Below are positions 20,518 through 29,332 of a stretch of 64,000 bases of DNA, piece by piece. Position numbers and translations under genes: made by a program. The notes under the pieces are model-generated. The model was not told the DNA's origin, searched no databases, and saw only the letters and a list, made by a program, of their open reading frames with translations. Position 1 is the stretch's first letter. Every line of letters begins with the position of its first letter. Source of the stretch: an uncultured Acidobacteriota bacterium (GTDB taxonomy: Bacteria > Acidobacteriota > Thermoanaerobaculia > UBA5066 > DATFVB01). The stretch spans positions 384,001 to 448,000 of the forward strand of contig CAWEYG010000003.1 of assembly GCA_963813155.1 (NCBI GenBank). The letters are read 5' to 3'.

Positions 20518-21029
20518 CAGCGCACGGATCCCGGCGCGCGGCGCGTCCGGGCGGGAAGAGAGCCCCGCCTCAGCCGGGCCATCTCGACCGCCGCCTCGGC
20601 CGCCTCGATTCCCGCGTGGCCGGCCGCTCCCCCGGACCGGGCCCTCGCCTGCTTTTCGTTGTCGCAGGTGAGAACGCCGAACGAGATCGGGACGTCCTGC
20701 GTGGCGTTCAGATGAGCGAGCGCGGACGCGACCGAGTTCGCGAGAACGTCGAAGTGGGGGGTCTCCCCCCGAATCAGGCACCCGAGAGACACGATGGCGG
20801 ACACGTTGCCGCCAAAAGCAGCTCGCCGGCAGGCGGAAATCAACTCGAAAGAACCCGGCACTCGGACCACCGAAACGTCTCCCTTCTTCGCGCCGGCGTC
20901 GCGGAGCGCGCGCAGGGCCCCGGCGAGGAGACGATCGGTGAAGCGCGAATTCCAGCGGGCAGCGACGACGGCGAAACGGAGTCCCGTCGCGTCCAGGCCT
21001 TCCGGAGACTTCAATGAACCATTTCGCAT
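20517..21029 (-). CDS. ribH: 6,7-dimethyl-8-ribityllumazine synthase
   Basis: ARWN, VPGSFEL, GCLIRGETPHFD, FGVLT; ribH-nusB order. Confidence 0.97.
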   Translation of the reverse strand: MRNGSLKSPEGLDATGLRFAVVAARWNSRFTDRLLAGALRALRDAGAKKGDVSVVRVPGSFELISACRRAAFGGNVSAIVSLGCLIRGETPHFDVLANSVASALAHLNATQDVPISFGVLTCDNEKQARARSGGAAGHAGIEAAEAAVEMARLRRGSLPARTRRAPGSVR

Positions 21030-21047
21030 CGGCCGAGCTTCGTTATT

Positions 21048-22037
21048 TTATGCCAGAACCGGCTCGAACAGGCCCGAAAGTTCCGGTGCGTCGCCGTAGC
21101 TCTCGCGGAATCGGTCGGCGAACGCCTCCCGACTCATCCGGGGCGGCTGCGGGCCGACCGATTCGAGGCAGAATGCCGCTGCAACGCTCGCGATCTGCCC
21201 GCAGAACTCCCAGCGGTCTCCCCGCAGCATCCCCTTGAGAAGACCCCCGCGGAACGCGTCTCCCACCCCCGTGGGGTCCGCCGCAGGCGCGCGGAGCCGG
21301 GCCGCCGGAATCCGGAAGGACGCCGAGCCCGACCGGAAACTCGAGCCCTCCGCTCCGTGCGTCACGATCAGCGTCGCCACCCGGGACAAAATCTCCCGTT
21401 CGTCCTTCCCCGTCTTCTGCAGGATGATGCCCCATTCGTAGTCGTTGCAGATCAGGACCGAGGCGCCCTCCATCCCGTCCCACAGGTCTTCCCCGGAGAG
21501 CCGGGCGACCTGCTGCGACGGATCGTAGACGAACGGGATGCCCGCGCTCCGGCAGTCCCGGGCGTAACGCGCCATCGCCGCGGGATCGTTCGGCGAAATG
21601 ATCGCGTACGCGATCTCGGAGGGGTCGCCGTCGACGAGCGAAACCTCCGACGCGCGAGCCATTGCGCCCGTGTAGAAAGAGGCGATCTGGTTCTGCTCGA
21701 GATCGGTCGACACGAAGAACGAGGCCGTGAAAAGGTCGTCGAAGATGCGGAACCCCCCAACGCGAACTCCTTCCGCCGCCAGCCAGTCGCGATACTCCAC
21801 GGCGTCGCGGCCCGCGGCGGCGACGATCCGCGGCTTCTCGCCCAGCAGCGCCAGGCCGTAGGCGATGTTCGGGGCGCATCCGCCGCGCACTTTGCGCATC
21901 TCGTCGACCAGAAAAGAGACGGAGATGTGATGCAGGCGGTCCGGCAGAAAATGCTCGAGGAACCGGCCCGGAAAAGTCATCAGGTAGTCGTACGCGACCG
22001 AACCCGTCACGACGATGTCGCGCCCGCGGACGCTCAC
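21048..22037 (-). CDS. PfkB-family carbohydrate kinase, adenosine-kinase (AdoK)-like
   Basis: VTGSVAYDYLMTFPGRF, GGCAPNIAY, QIASFYTGAM, DPSQQ, DPTGVGDAFRGG. Confidence 0.85.
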   Translation of the reverse strand: MSVRGRDIVVTGSVAYDYLMTFPGRFLEHFLPDRLHHISVSFLVDEMRKVRGGCAPNIAYGLALLGEKPRIVAAAGRDAVEYRDWLAAEGVRVGGFRIFDDLFTASFFVSTDLEQNQIASFYTGAMARASEVSLVDGDPSEIAYAIISPNDPAAMARYARDCRSAGIPFVYDPSQQVARLSGEDLWDGMEGASVLICNDYEWGIILQKTGKDEREILSRVATLIVTHGAEGSSFRSGSASFRIPAARLRAPAADPTGVGDAFRGGLLKGMLRGDRWEFCGQIASVAAAFCLESVGPQPPRMSREAFADRFRESYGDAPELSGLFEPVLA

Positions 22038-22894
22038 GACAGGTAACGCCCGAGAAGCGGAGCGAGCTCCGATCGCAGGGCCGCCGGGATCGAGGCCGCC
22101 GGGGTCAGCACCGCGAAACGGAGCGCCTCGCGGCAGGAACAGGAACGCGCGCCGTCCACGCCGGCCACCGCGTCGAGCAGCGCGGCCTGCGCCCGCTGCG
22201 CGTTCGCCTTCAGCACCGAGAGGATCGTGTCGACCGAGACCGCCTCGGTTCCCTGCCTCCAGCAGTCGTAGTCGGTCACCATCGCCATCGTCGAGTAGCA
22301 GAGCTCGGCTTCCCGCGCGAGCTTCGCCTCGGTCAGGTTCGTCATCCCGATGACGCTCGCGCCCCACGAGCGATAGAGCTCCGACTCGGCGCGCGTCGAA
22401 AACTGGGGCCCCTCCATGCACACATAGGTCCCGCCCTCCGTCACGGCCGCGCCCGCCTTCCGGGTGGACGCCGCCAGCACGCCCGAGAGCGACGGGCAGA
22501 CGGGATCGGCGAGCGAAACGTGGGCGACGACGCCGCGGCCGAAGAACGTGTCCGCGCGAGAGCGGGTGCGGTCGATGAATTGCGCCGGAATGCAGACGTG
22601 CGAAGGCGGCATTTCCTCGCGAAGGCTTCCAACCGCGGCGACCGACAGAACGGCGTCGCATCCGAGAAGCTTGAACCCGAAGATGTTCGCGCGGTAGTTG
22701 ATTTCCGACGGGCTGAAACGGTGACCTCTTCCGTGGCGCGCGAGAAACGCGACCGGCCTGCCGGCGAGGTCGCCGACGACGTACGAATCCGACGGCTCCC
22801 CGAACGGCGTCCGCAGCGCCTCTTCGCGCGCGTTCGCGAGCGCCGCGAGCTCGTACAGTCCGCTTCCCCCGAGAATTCCGATTCGGCCGCTCAA
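22034..22894 (-). CDS. mtnP: S-methyl-5'-thioadenosine phosphorylase
   Basis: IGILGGSGLY, FLARHG, NYRANI, EGPQFSTRAES, IGMTNLTEAKLAREAE, VTDYDCW. Confidence 0.93.
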   Translation of the reverse strand: MSGRIGILGGSGLYELAALANAREEALRTPFGEPSDSYVVGDLAGRPVAFLARHGRGHRFSPSEINYRANIFGFKLLGCDAVLSVAAVGSLREEMPPSHVCIPAQFIDRTRSRADTFFGRGVVAHVSLADPVCPSLSGVLAASTRKAGAAVTEGGTYVCMEGPQFSTRAESELYRSWGASVIGMTNLTEAKLAREAELCYSTMAMVTDYDCWRQGTEAVSVDTILSVLKANAQRAQAALLDAVAGVDGARSCSCREALRFAVLTPAASIPAALRSELAPLLGRYLS

Positions 22895-23844
22895 GACACG
22901 CTCCGCTGGTGCTCCGCGATCGCATCGCGGACCTCGAGGGCCAGCGCGAGCGCTTCCCGGCCGTCGCGGCCCGAAACGAGAGGAGGGCCGGAGCCCCGGC
23001 AGGCGCGGACGAAGCCCGCGAGCTCGCGACGAAGAGGCTCCTCGTGGACGACCTCGATCTTCGACGGCACGATGACCGGCTTGCCACCCGGGCCGGGGAC
23101 GAGGGCGGCCGCCGAAATTTCCTGCGATCCCATGTCGATTGAAACGTACCGCGAGGGCCCGAAGACCCGGAACTTGCGCACCTTGTCGGCGGACACCCGC
23201 GACGCCGTGAGATTCGCGACGCAGCCTCCCTCGAAAGCGATCCGGGCGTTGGCGATGTCGATCTTCGGCGTCAGGACCGCGACGCCGGCCGCACGGACCT
23301 CGACGACCGGCCGCCCAACGACGGTCTGCGCGATCTGCAGGTCGTGGATCATGAGGTCGAGCACGACGTCGACGTCGAGCGACCTCGGCGTGAACACCGC
23401 GAGGCGGTGCGTTTCGATGAACCGGGCGCCGGACGCGAGAGGGAGCGCCGCCTCCACCGCGGGATTGAACCTCTCGATGTGACCGACCTGGAGAACGACG
23501 CGCGCCCTGCTCGCCGCCCGGATCAGATCATCGGCCTCCGTGAGAGTCGACGCGATCGGTTTCTCCACCAGAACGTGCCGCCCGGCCGCGAGCGCCGCGC
23601 CCGCGACGTCGCGGTGAGAGATCGTGGGCGTCGAGACGACGATTGCGTCCGAAACGTCGAGCAGCTCCTCCAGCGACCGGCTCGCGGGGAGGCCGAATTC
23701 GCCCGCGACAGCGTCGCGCCGCGCGAAGTCCGAGTCGTAAACCCCGGAGACGACGGCGCCCTCGAGGGCCGAGGCGACGCGGGCGTGGTGGCGGCCGAGC
23801 GATCCGACGCCGGCCACACCGATGCGAAACGCGGGCTCCGTCAC
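22891..23844 (-). CDS. Gfo/Idh/MocA oxidoreductase, GnnA-like
   Basis: GVGSLGRHHAR, VLVEKP, VGHIERFNPA, DVVLDLMIHD, DIANARI, NLTASRVS; directly after lpxA. Confidence 0.85.
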   Translation of the reverse strand: MTEPAFRIGVAGVGSLGRHHARVASALEGAVVSGVYDSDFARRDAVAGEFGLPASRSLEELLDVSDAIVVSTPTISHRDVAGAALAAGRHVLVEKPIASTLTEADDLIRAASRARVVLQVGHIERFNPAVEAALPLASGARFIETHRLAVFTPRSLDVDVVLDLMIHDLQIAQTVVGRPVVEVRAAGVAVLTPKIDIANARIAFEGGCVANLTASRVSADKVRKFRVFGPSRYVSIDMGSQEISAAALVPGPGGKPVIVPSKIEVVHEEPLRRELAGFVRACRGSGPPLVSGRDGREALALALEVRDAIAEHQRSVS

Positions 23845-24623
23845 TTGTGGACGCCCCGCTTCGAGGTCCGGATGAACTCCGCGATGTACACGGCGTCTTC
23901 GTTGGAGGGAAATTCCGCGGCGATGCGCTCGAGGGCCTGCGAGGTATTGAGCTTCGGGGACACGAGGAGGCGGTAGATGCCCTTCAGGGCGTCGATCCGC
24001 TCGTCGGAGAACCCTTTCCTCTTGAGGCCGAGGGTGTTGACCCCGTACGTCTTGACGATGTGGTTGCCGTCGGTCTTGACGAACGGAAGAACGTCCTGGG
24101 ACGCGCCCGTCATCGCCCCCATGAACGCGTGCCGGCCGACTCTCGAGAATTGCTGGATCGCGCAAAAGGCGCCGACGATCGCGTCGTCCCCGATCTCGAC
24201 GTGTCCCGCGAGCGCGGCATAGTTCGCGAAAATCGTACGCGAGCCGACGTGGCAATCGTGCGCGATGTGGATGTAGGCCATCAGGAAATTATCGTCTCCG
24301 ATCGTCGTCACGGCTCCGCCCCCGGCCGTGCCGCGATGAACCGTCGAGAACTCCCGAAACGTGTTTCGCGACCCCACCCTCAGGGTCGTCGGCTCGTTCC
24401 GGTACTTCAGGTCCTGCGGCGCGAACCCCAGGGCCGCGTGAGGAAAGATCCGGTTCTCCTCAGCGAACGAGGACGGCCCCTCGAGAACCGCGTGCGCGCC
24501 GACCGTGCACCCGCGGCCCAGCTCGACGTCCGCGCCGATCACCGCGTACGGCCCGACCTCGACGTCCGGCGCGAGACGGGCCTCGGAAGAAACGATCGCG
24601 GTCGGGTGGATTCGGGAGGCCAT
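23841..24623 (-). CDS. lpxA: Acyl-ACP--UDP-N-acetylglucosamine O-acyltransferase
   Basis: IHPTAIV hexapeptide repeats, PQDLKY, HRGT, HIAHDC, GLKRKGFS. Confidence 0.96.
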   Translation of the reverse strand: MASRIHPTAIVSSEARLAPDVEVGPYAVIGADVELGRGCTVGAHAVLEGPSSFAEENRIFPHAALGFAPQDLKYRNEPTTLRVGSRNTFREFSTVHRGTAGGGAVTTIGDDNFLMAYIHIAHDCHVGSRTIFANYAALAGHVEIGDDAIVGAFCAIQQFSRVGRHAFMGAMTGASQDVLPFVKTDGNHIVKTYGVNTLGLKRKGFSDERIDALKGIYRLLVSPKLNTSQALERIAAEFPSNEDAVYIAEFIRTSKRGVHK

Positions 24624-24625
24624 CT

Positions 24626-25066
24626 CTAGCCTCGCCGGTCGACGAAAGAGGAGAGAATCTGCGCCTCCGCGCAGAGCACGCCGTTCACCGTCGCGAGGCC
24701 GCGGCACTTCGAAAGCTTCGTCCGCGCGGAGAGAATTTCGACTTCGAGGCGAAGCTGGTCTCCCGGAACGACCGGGCGACGGAACTTGCACGCATCGATT
24801 CCGGTGAAATACGGGATCCGGGCGTCGCGGTCGGGAAGCGAAACCAGGAGACAGACGGCGGCCGTCTGGGCCATCGCCTCGACGACGAGGACCCCCGGCA
24901 TCACCGGATTCCCGGGAAAATGCCCCTGGAAGAATTCCTCGTTGAACGAGACGTTCTTGAGACCGATGGCCCTCTTGCCGGGCTCCATCTCGAGGATCCG
25001 ATCCACCAGCACGAAGGGATAGCGATGCGGAATGATCTTGAGGATCTCGGTGATTCCCAGCTCCAT
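24626..25066 (-). CDS. fabZ: 3-hydroxyacyl-ACP dehydratase
   Basis: [44 protein letters not shown]. Confidence 0.97.
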   Translation of the reverse strand: MELGITEILKIIPHRYPFVLVDRILEMEPGKRAIGLKNVSFNEEFFQGHFPGNPVMPGVLVVEAMAQTAAVCLLVSLPDRDARIPYFTGIDACKFRRPVVPGDQLRLEVEILSARTKLSKCRGLATVNGVLCAEAQILSSFVDRRG

Positions 25067-25068
25067 GC

Positions 25069-26098
25069 TCAGTCCTTCCTTCCCGACGCGCCGAGCTCTT
25101 CCTCGAGCCGGCGGACCCGTTCCATCAGCTCGGGAAGACGGTCGGCCGCCGCTTCCCGGCGGAGAAAGTCGGCGTGCGGCTCCGCCGGCATGCCGGAGAC
25201 GATCGCGCCGGCCTCGACTTTCCGCATGACTCCCGCCTGCGCGGTGACCGTCGCGCCGTCGCCGATCACCATGCGGTCCGCAACGCCGACCTGCCCGGCG
25301 ATCGTGACTCCCCTGCCGATTCGGGCGGAGCCCGCGATCCCCGCCTGGCCGCACACGATCGAGTGCTCGCCGATCGTCACGTTGTGGCCGACCTGCGCGA
25401 GGTTGTCGATTTTCGTCCCTCGCCCGATGCGGGTTTCGGTGAGCGCCGCGCGGTCGATGCAAGCATTGGCGCCGACGTCCACGTCGTCCTCGAGCACGAC
25501 GATGCCGACCTGGGGGATCCGCCGGTGGCGCTCGCCGTCCCACGCGTACCCGAAGCCGTCCGCCCCGATCACCGCCCCCGGCCCGATCCGGCACCGCGCG
25601 CCGAGGCGGCACCCTCGCTCGATCACCGCGCCGGCGAGAACGCGACACTCCGATCCGATCGCCGCGCCCTCCCCGACGAAGACGTTCGGGCCGAGGGAAA
25701 CGCGATCCCCGATCACGGCCCCGGCTTCCACGACCGCGCCCGGCCCGACCGACACGCCCGTGCCGAGAGCGGCCGACGCCGCGACGCGCGCCGTGTCCGA
25801 AATCCCGGCGACGACGTCTCTTTCCGGGTGCAGGTGCTCCAGAACTTTCGCGATCGCGACGAGCCGGCTTCGGGTGGATCAGGGCCGGCCGCCCGCCGGC
25901 GAGCTCCAGGGCCGGCACGATCAGCGCCCCCGCCCGGCTGTCCCGCGCGTCCGGCGCGTTACGGGCGCCGGCGACGAACGAAAGGTCGGCGGGCCCCGCC
26001 TCGGCCAGAGGCGCGACCCCGCGCAAAACGAGATCGCCGGGGCCGGCGAGCGTGGCGCCCGCAACCCCGGCGATTTCTTCTAAGGAAAAAGGCCTCAC
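25069..26098 (-). CDS. lpxD: UDP-3-O-acylglucosamine N-acyltransferase, with an apparent indel near 25865
   Basis: N-terminal [14 protein letters not shown] in one frame; [28 protein letters not shown] in another; skp-lpxD-fabZ-lpxA order. Confidence 0.93.
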
Positions 26099-26108
26099 GA
26101 ATCCCGGA

Positions 26109-26729
26109 TTACCGCGATCCCCCGGGCGGCGGAGGAGGCGTCTTGGGCTTTTCCGCCGGTTTGCCGGCCGGAGGCTTCGCCGTCGCGGCGGGCTTCGCCG
26201 CCGGAGCGGGAACGGTGACCTGCGTGTTGAACCGGCGAAGGACCTCGTCGGTGATGTCCACCGACTCGTCGGCGTACACGAGCATCCCCGGGGCGAATTT
26301 GTTGAAGATCAGCGTGTAACCCTTTTCTTTGCCGACCTGGTTGATGACGGGGAGGACGCGCTTCTCGAGCTCCGCGAGCTCCTTCTGCTGGGCCTCCTGG
26401 ACGTCCCGCTGGGCGTCGTCCTGGAAGCGCTTGTACGCGATCCCTTTCTCCTGGTATTCCTTGTTCAGCTGATCGCGCTTGTCGTCGTTCATCGACGGCC
26501 CCTGGTCCGTCAGCCGCTGCTGGAGCGCCTGCAGATCTTTCTGCAGCTTTTCTCCCTCGCCCTGCTTGGAGTCCACGACCTTTTTGACGCGACCCTGGGC
26601 TTCTTTACCGGCGGCCGACTCGACGACCAGCTTTTGAATGTCGATCACCGCGATCTTGGGCGCGCTCGTCTGAGCGGCGACGGGAAGCGCCGCGGCTCCC
26701 GCAATCAAGAAAACAGTCCAAAATTTCAT
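26109..26729 (-). CDS. skp: Periplasmic chaperone Skp/OmpH
   Basis: Signal peptide, KIAVID, coiled-coil middle, DITDEV; Pro/Lys-rich tail; AAGGAG before ATG 26729. Confidence 0.9.
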   Translation of the reverse strand: MKFWTVFLIAGAAALPVAAQTSAPKIAVIDIQKLVVESAAGKEAQGRVKKVVDSKQGEGEKLQKDLQALQQRLTDQGPSMNDDKRDQLNKEYQEKGIAYKRFQDDAQRDVQEAQQKELAELEKRVLPVINQVGKEKGYTLIFNKFAPGMLVYADESVDITDEVLRRFNTQVTVPAPAAKPAATAKPPAGKPAEKPKTPPPPPGGSR

Positions 26730-26803
26730 CCCCACTCCTTGTATGTCCGGCCGCTTTCGGGCGGTTTCACGGACGATCTGAGCCTCGTGAAGGCGGAAGG
26801 ATA

Positions 26804-29329
26804 TCAGAATGTCGAGCCGATCGAGAAGTCGAATCCGCTTCGCTTTTGCTTCAGCCGGCGAATCTCAAAACCGAACTGATCGAGCGGATCGATGGGGTGG
26901 AGGTTCCACGAATAGATGAACCGCAGCGGGGCCTGGAAGATCGGCAGCGTCAGCCGCATCTCGAGCCCGGTCGAGGACCTCAGGTCGCCGAGAACGATCG
27001 GCTGGTTCTCGATCCAGGTATTCCCGACGTCGACGAAGGTGAGCACTTTCACGGGGCCGATGTGCGCGAAGATGTATTCCAGGTTGAGGACGGCGTACTT
27101 GTCCCCGCCGAGAATTCGCCCCTGGTCGTCGACGTAAATCCGATTCTTCAGGCCGGATTCGGTGTGAAGGGGAATGATCGACCCGATCGAATAACCGCGG
27201 ATGTTCTGTTCTCCTCCGAGCTGGTACCTCTCGAAGATCGGGAGGTCTCGCCCCGCGAATGGTCTCGCGTACCCCGCTTCGAAATGGAGGCCGAAATACC
27301 GGTTTCGCAGGAAGGGGATGTACGCGGTGCCGCCGATCGACGGCTTGAGGAAGTAGTTCGTGCCCCCGACGCCTGCGTACTCGAGCACGGCCGAGAAACG
27401 CGTGCCTTTCACGGGGTCGAAGGGATCGTCGGTGGAGTCGTAGCGGTAGGCCGGCGAAATCGCCGAAGTCGTCCCGTCCACGAGCGAAGTCGCGAGGTCG
27501 GGAACCGGGAAACCGGGTGGATTCGGAGCGGCCTGCACGGGATAGCGGGAGTGAATCGATTCGAGCCCGTAGCTCACCGAGTAGGTGTCGAAGACCCCGA
27601 GCGAGCGTCCGTAGAAAATCGAGATGCCCTTGCGCCGGTCGTCGATCGAGAGATAGGTCGACTGACGGCTGTAAATCGAGCCTCCGACGGACTGGTCCTT
27701 GTCGAGGAACCACGGCACCGTGTATCCCAGATCGTAAAGGCTCGTGATCTTTCCGATTTGAACGGAGGCGGAGATCGTCTCGCCGCGGCCGAGAAAATTC
27801 CTCGTCGCAAAGGAGAACTGGCCGAAGAAGCCGTCGAAGCCCGAGTAACCGGCCCCGAAGTTCACCTCGTTGCGCGAAGTCTCCTGCCCCTTCACCTGGA
27901 TGTTGACCTTCTTCGCCGCGTTGTCCGGCACGAAAGACGGGTCCTCGCCGAGCTTGAAATATCCGAGCTGGGAAATCTTCAGGACGCTCTTTCGGAAGGA
28001 CTCCATGTCGAGGACCTGGCCCTCGTCGACGACGACCTGGCGGCGAAGGACCTTGTCCTTCGTGCTGGTGTTTCCCGTGAACTCCAGCCGGCCGAGCCGG
28101 AACTGGTCTCCCTCGAACATGCGGACCACGACGTCGACATCGTGCCCCTTCGGGAGAGCCTGGTACTGGGGCTCGCCGAACCAGTAGATGTAGCCCTTCT
28201 TCTTGTACTTCGTCTCGATCTCGGCGAGCCCCTCCTGGAGCCGCGCCCGGGACAACACCTGGCCGGGCTTGCAAAAGCGGAACGCCCGGAGGATCTCGGC
28301 CTTCGTGAATACCTTCGGATCGCCTTCCTCGAGCGCGACGTCGACTTTGCCGAAAAAGAACTTTTCGCCCTCGACGAGCGGAATCGTGATTCGCATCCTC
28401 TTCCGGATCTTCTTCGCGTTCTTCTGGTTCGGGTTCGCAATGAAGATGTCGAGGACGGGGTCCTTCACCACGATGTCCTTGTAGCCGTAGTCCTGGTAGA
28501 GGTGCTTGATCGACTCGACGTCCTCGTCGAAATTCGCCTGGTTGTAGACGGTTTTGTCGGAAAAGACGCGCCAGAGAGAATTGACTTTGGACTTCTTCAT
28601 CGCGAGCCGGATCCGGGACGCGGAGAACACGTGATTCCCCGTGAACCGGATCGAGGCGATCTTGATCTTCTCCCCTTCGTCGATCACGAAGACGAGCTTC
28701 TGCTCCGCTTTCGTCTTGCCCTCGACCTTCCAGTCGATCGTCACCCCGCGGAACCCGTTCTCCGCGTACACGTCTCGGATCGCCTGGGACACGGATGCAA
28801 CGTCCTTCATCGACAGGGGGACGCCGGTCTTGATCGCGGCCTTCTGCTGCGTGAGTTTGTCCCGGATCTGGGTGAGCGCGAGCTTCTTGTTTCCCGTGTA
28901 TTCCACGGAATAGACCGTCGGGCGCTCGACGACGGTGAAAAACAGAGTGACGCCGCCCGGGCCCCGGTCCGCTTCGACCTTCACGTCGTCGAAGAGGTCG
29001 GATTTCCAGAGAGTCTCGAAGTTCTTCTGAATCTTCGCGGGGTCATAGGCATCGCCGACGTGCATCCCGAGATAGAAAAGGACCGTCTCCGCCGAAACCG
29101 TGGAGCTTCCCACCATGCGAACTCCGACGATCGGGGGGCCGGGGGTTGCGGGAGGAGCCGGGATCGCGACGGGGGCCCCGGCAGGCGGAACCGGCGCCGG
29201 AGGAACCGATGGCAGAACGGCCGCGGGCGGCACCGGCTCGGGAACCGGCGGCGGCGGCGCGCTCTGTCCGGGCAACGTCGCCGCGCACAAAATCGCACAA
29301 GCAGCGGCGAGTAAACCGAACCGCTTCAA
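26804..29329 (-). CDS. bamA: Outer membrane protein assembly factor BamA
   Basis: Signal peptide, POTRA repeats (FTGN, TKDKVLRR), RNFLGRG, LGGEQNIRGY, C-terminal FSIGSTF. Confidence 0.95.
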   Translation of the reverse strand: MKRFGLLAAACAILCAATLPGQSAPPPPVPEPVPPAAVLPSVPPAPVPPAGAPVAIPAPPATPGPPIVGVRMVGSSTVSAETVLFYLGMHVGDAYDPAKIQKNFETLWKSDLFDDVKVEADRGPGGVTLFFTVVERPTVYSVEYTGNKKLALTQIRDKLTQQKAAIKTGVPLSMKDVASVSQAIRDVYAENGFRGVTIDWKVEGKTKAEQKLVFVIDEGEKIKIASIRFTGNHVFSASRIRLAMKKSKVNSLWRVFSDKTVYNQANFDEDVESIKHLYQDYGYKDIVVKDPVLDIFIANPNQKNAKKIRKRMRITIPLVEGEKFFFGKVDVALEEGDPKVFTKAEILRAFRFCKPGQVLSRARLQEGLAEIETKYKKKGYIYWFGEPQYQALPKGHDVDVVVRMFEGDQFRLGRLEFTGNTSTKDKVLRRQVVVDEGQVLDMESFRKSVLKISQLGYFKLGEDPSFVPDNAAKKVNIQVKGQETSRNEVNFGAGYSGFDGFFGQFSFATRNFLGRGETISASVQIGKITSLYDLGYTVPWFLDKDQSVGGSIYSRQSTYLSIDDRRKGISIFYGRSLGVFDTYSVSYGLESIHSRYPVQAAPNPPGFPVPDLATSLVDGTTSAISPAYRYDSTDDPFDPVKGTRFSAVLEYAGVGGTNYFLKPSIGGTAYIPFLRNRYFGLHFEAGYARPFAGRDLPIFERYQLGGEQNIRGYSIGSIIPLHTESGLKNRIYVDDQGRILGGDKYAVLNLEYIFAHIGPVKVLTFVDVGNTWIENQPIVLGDLRSSTGLEMRLTLPIFQAPLRFIYSWNLHPIDPLDQFGFEIRRLKQKRSGFDFSIGSTF

Positions 29330-29332
29330 CGA

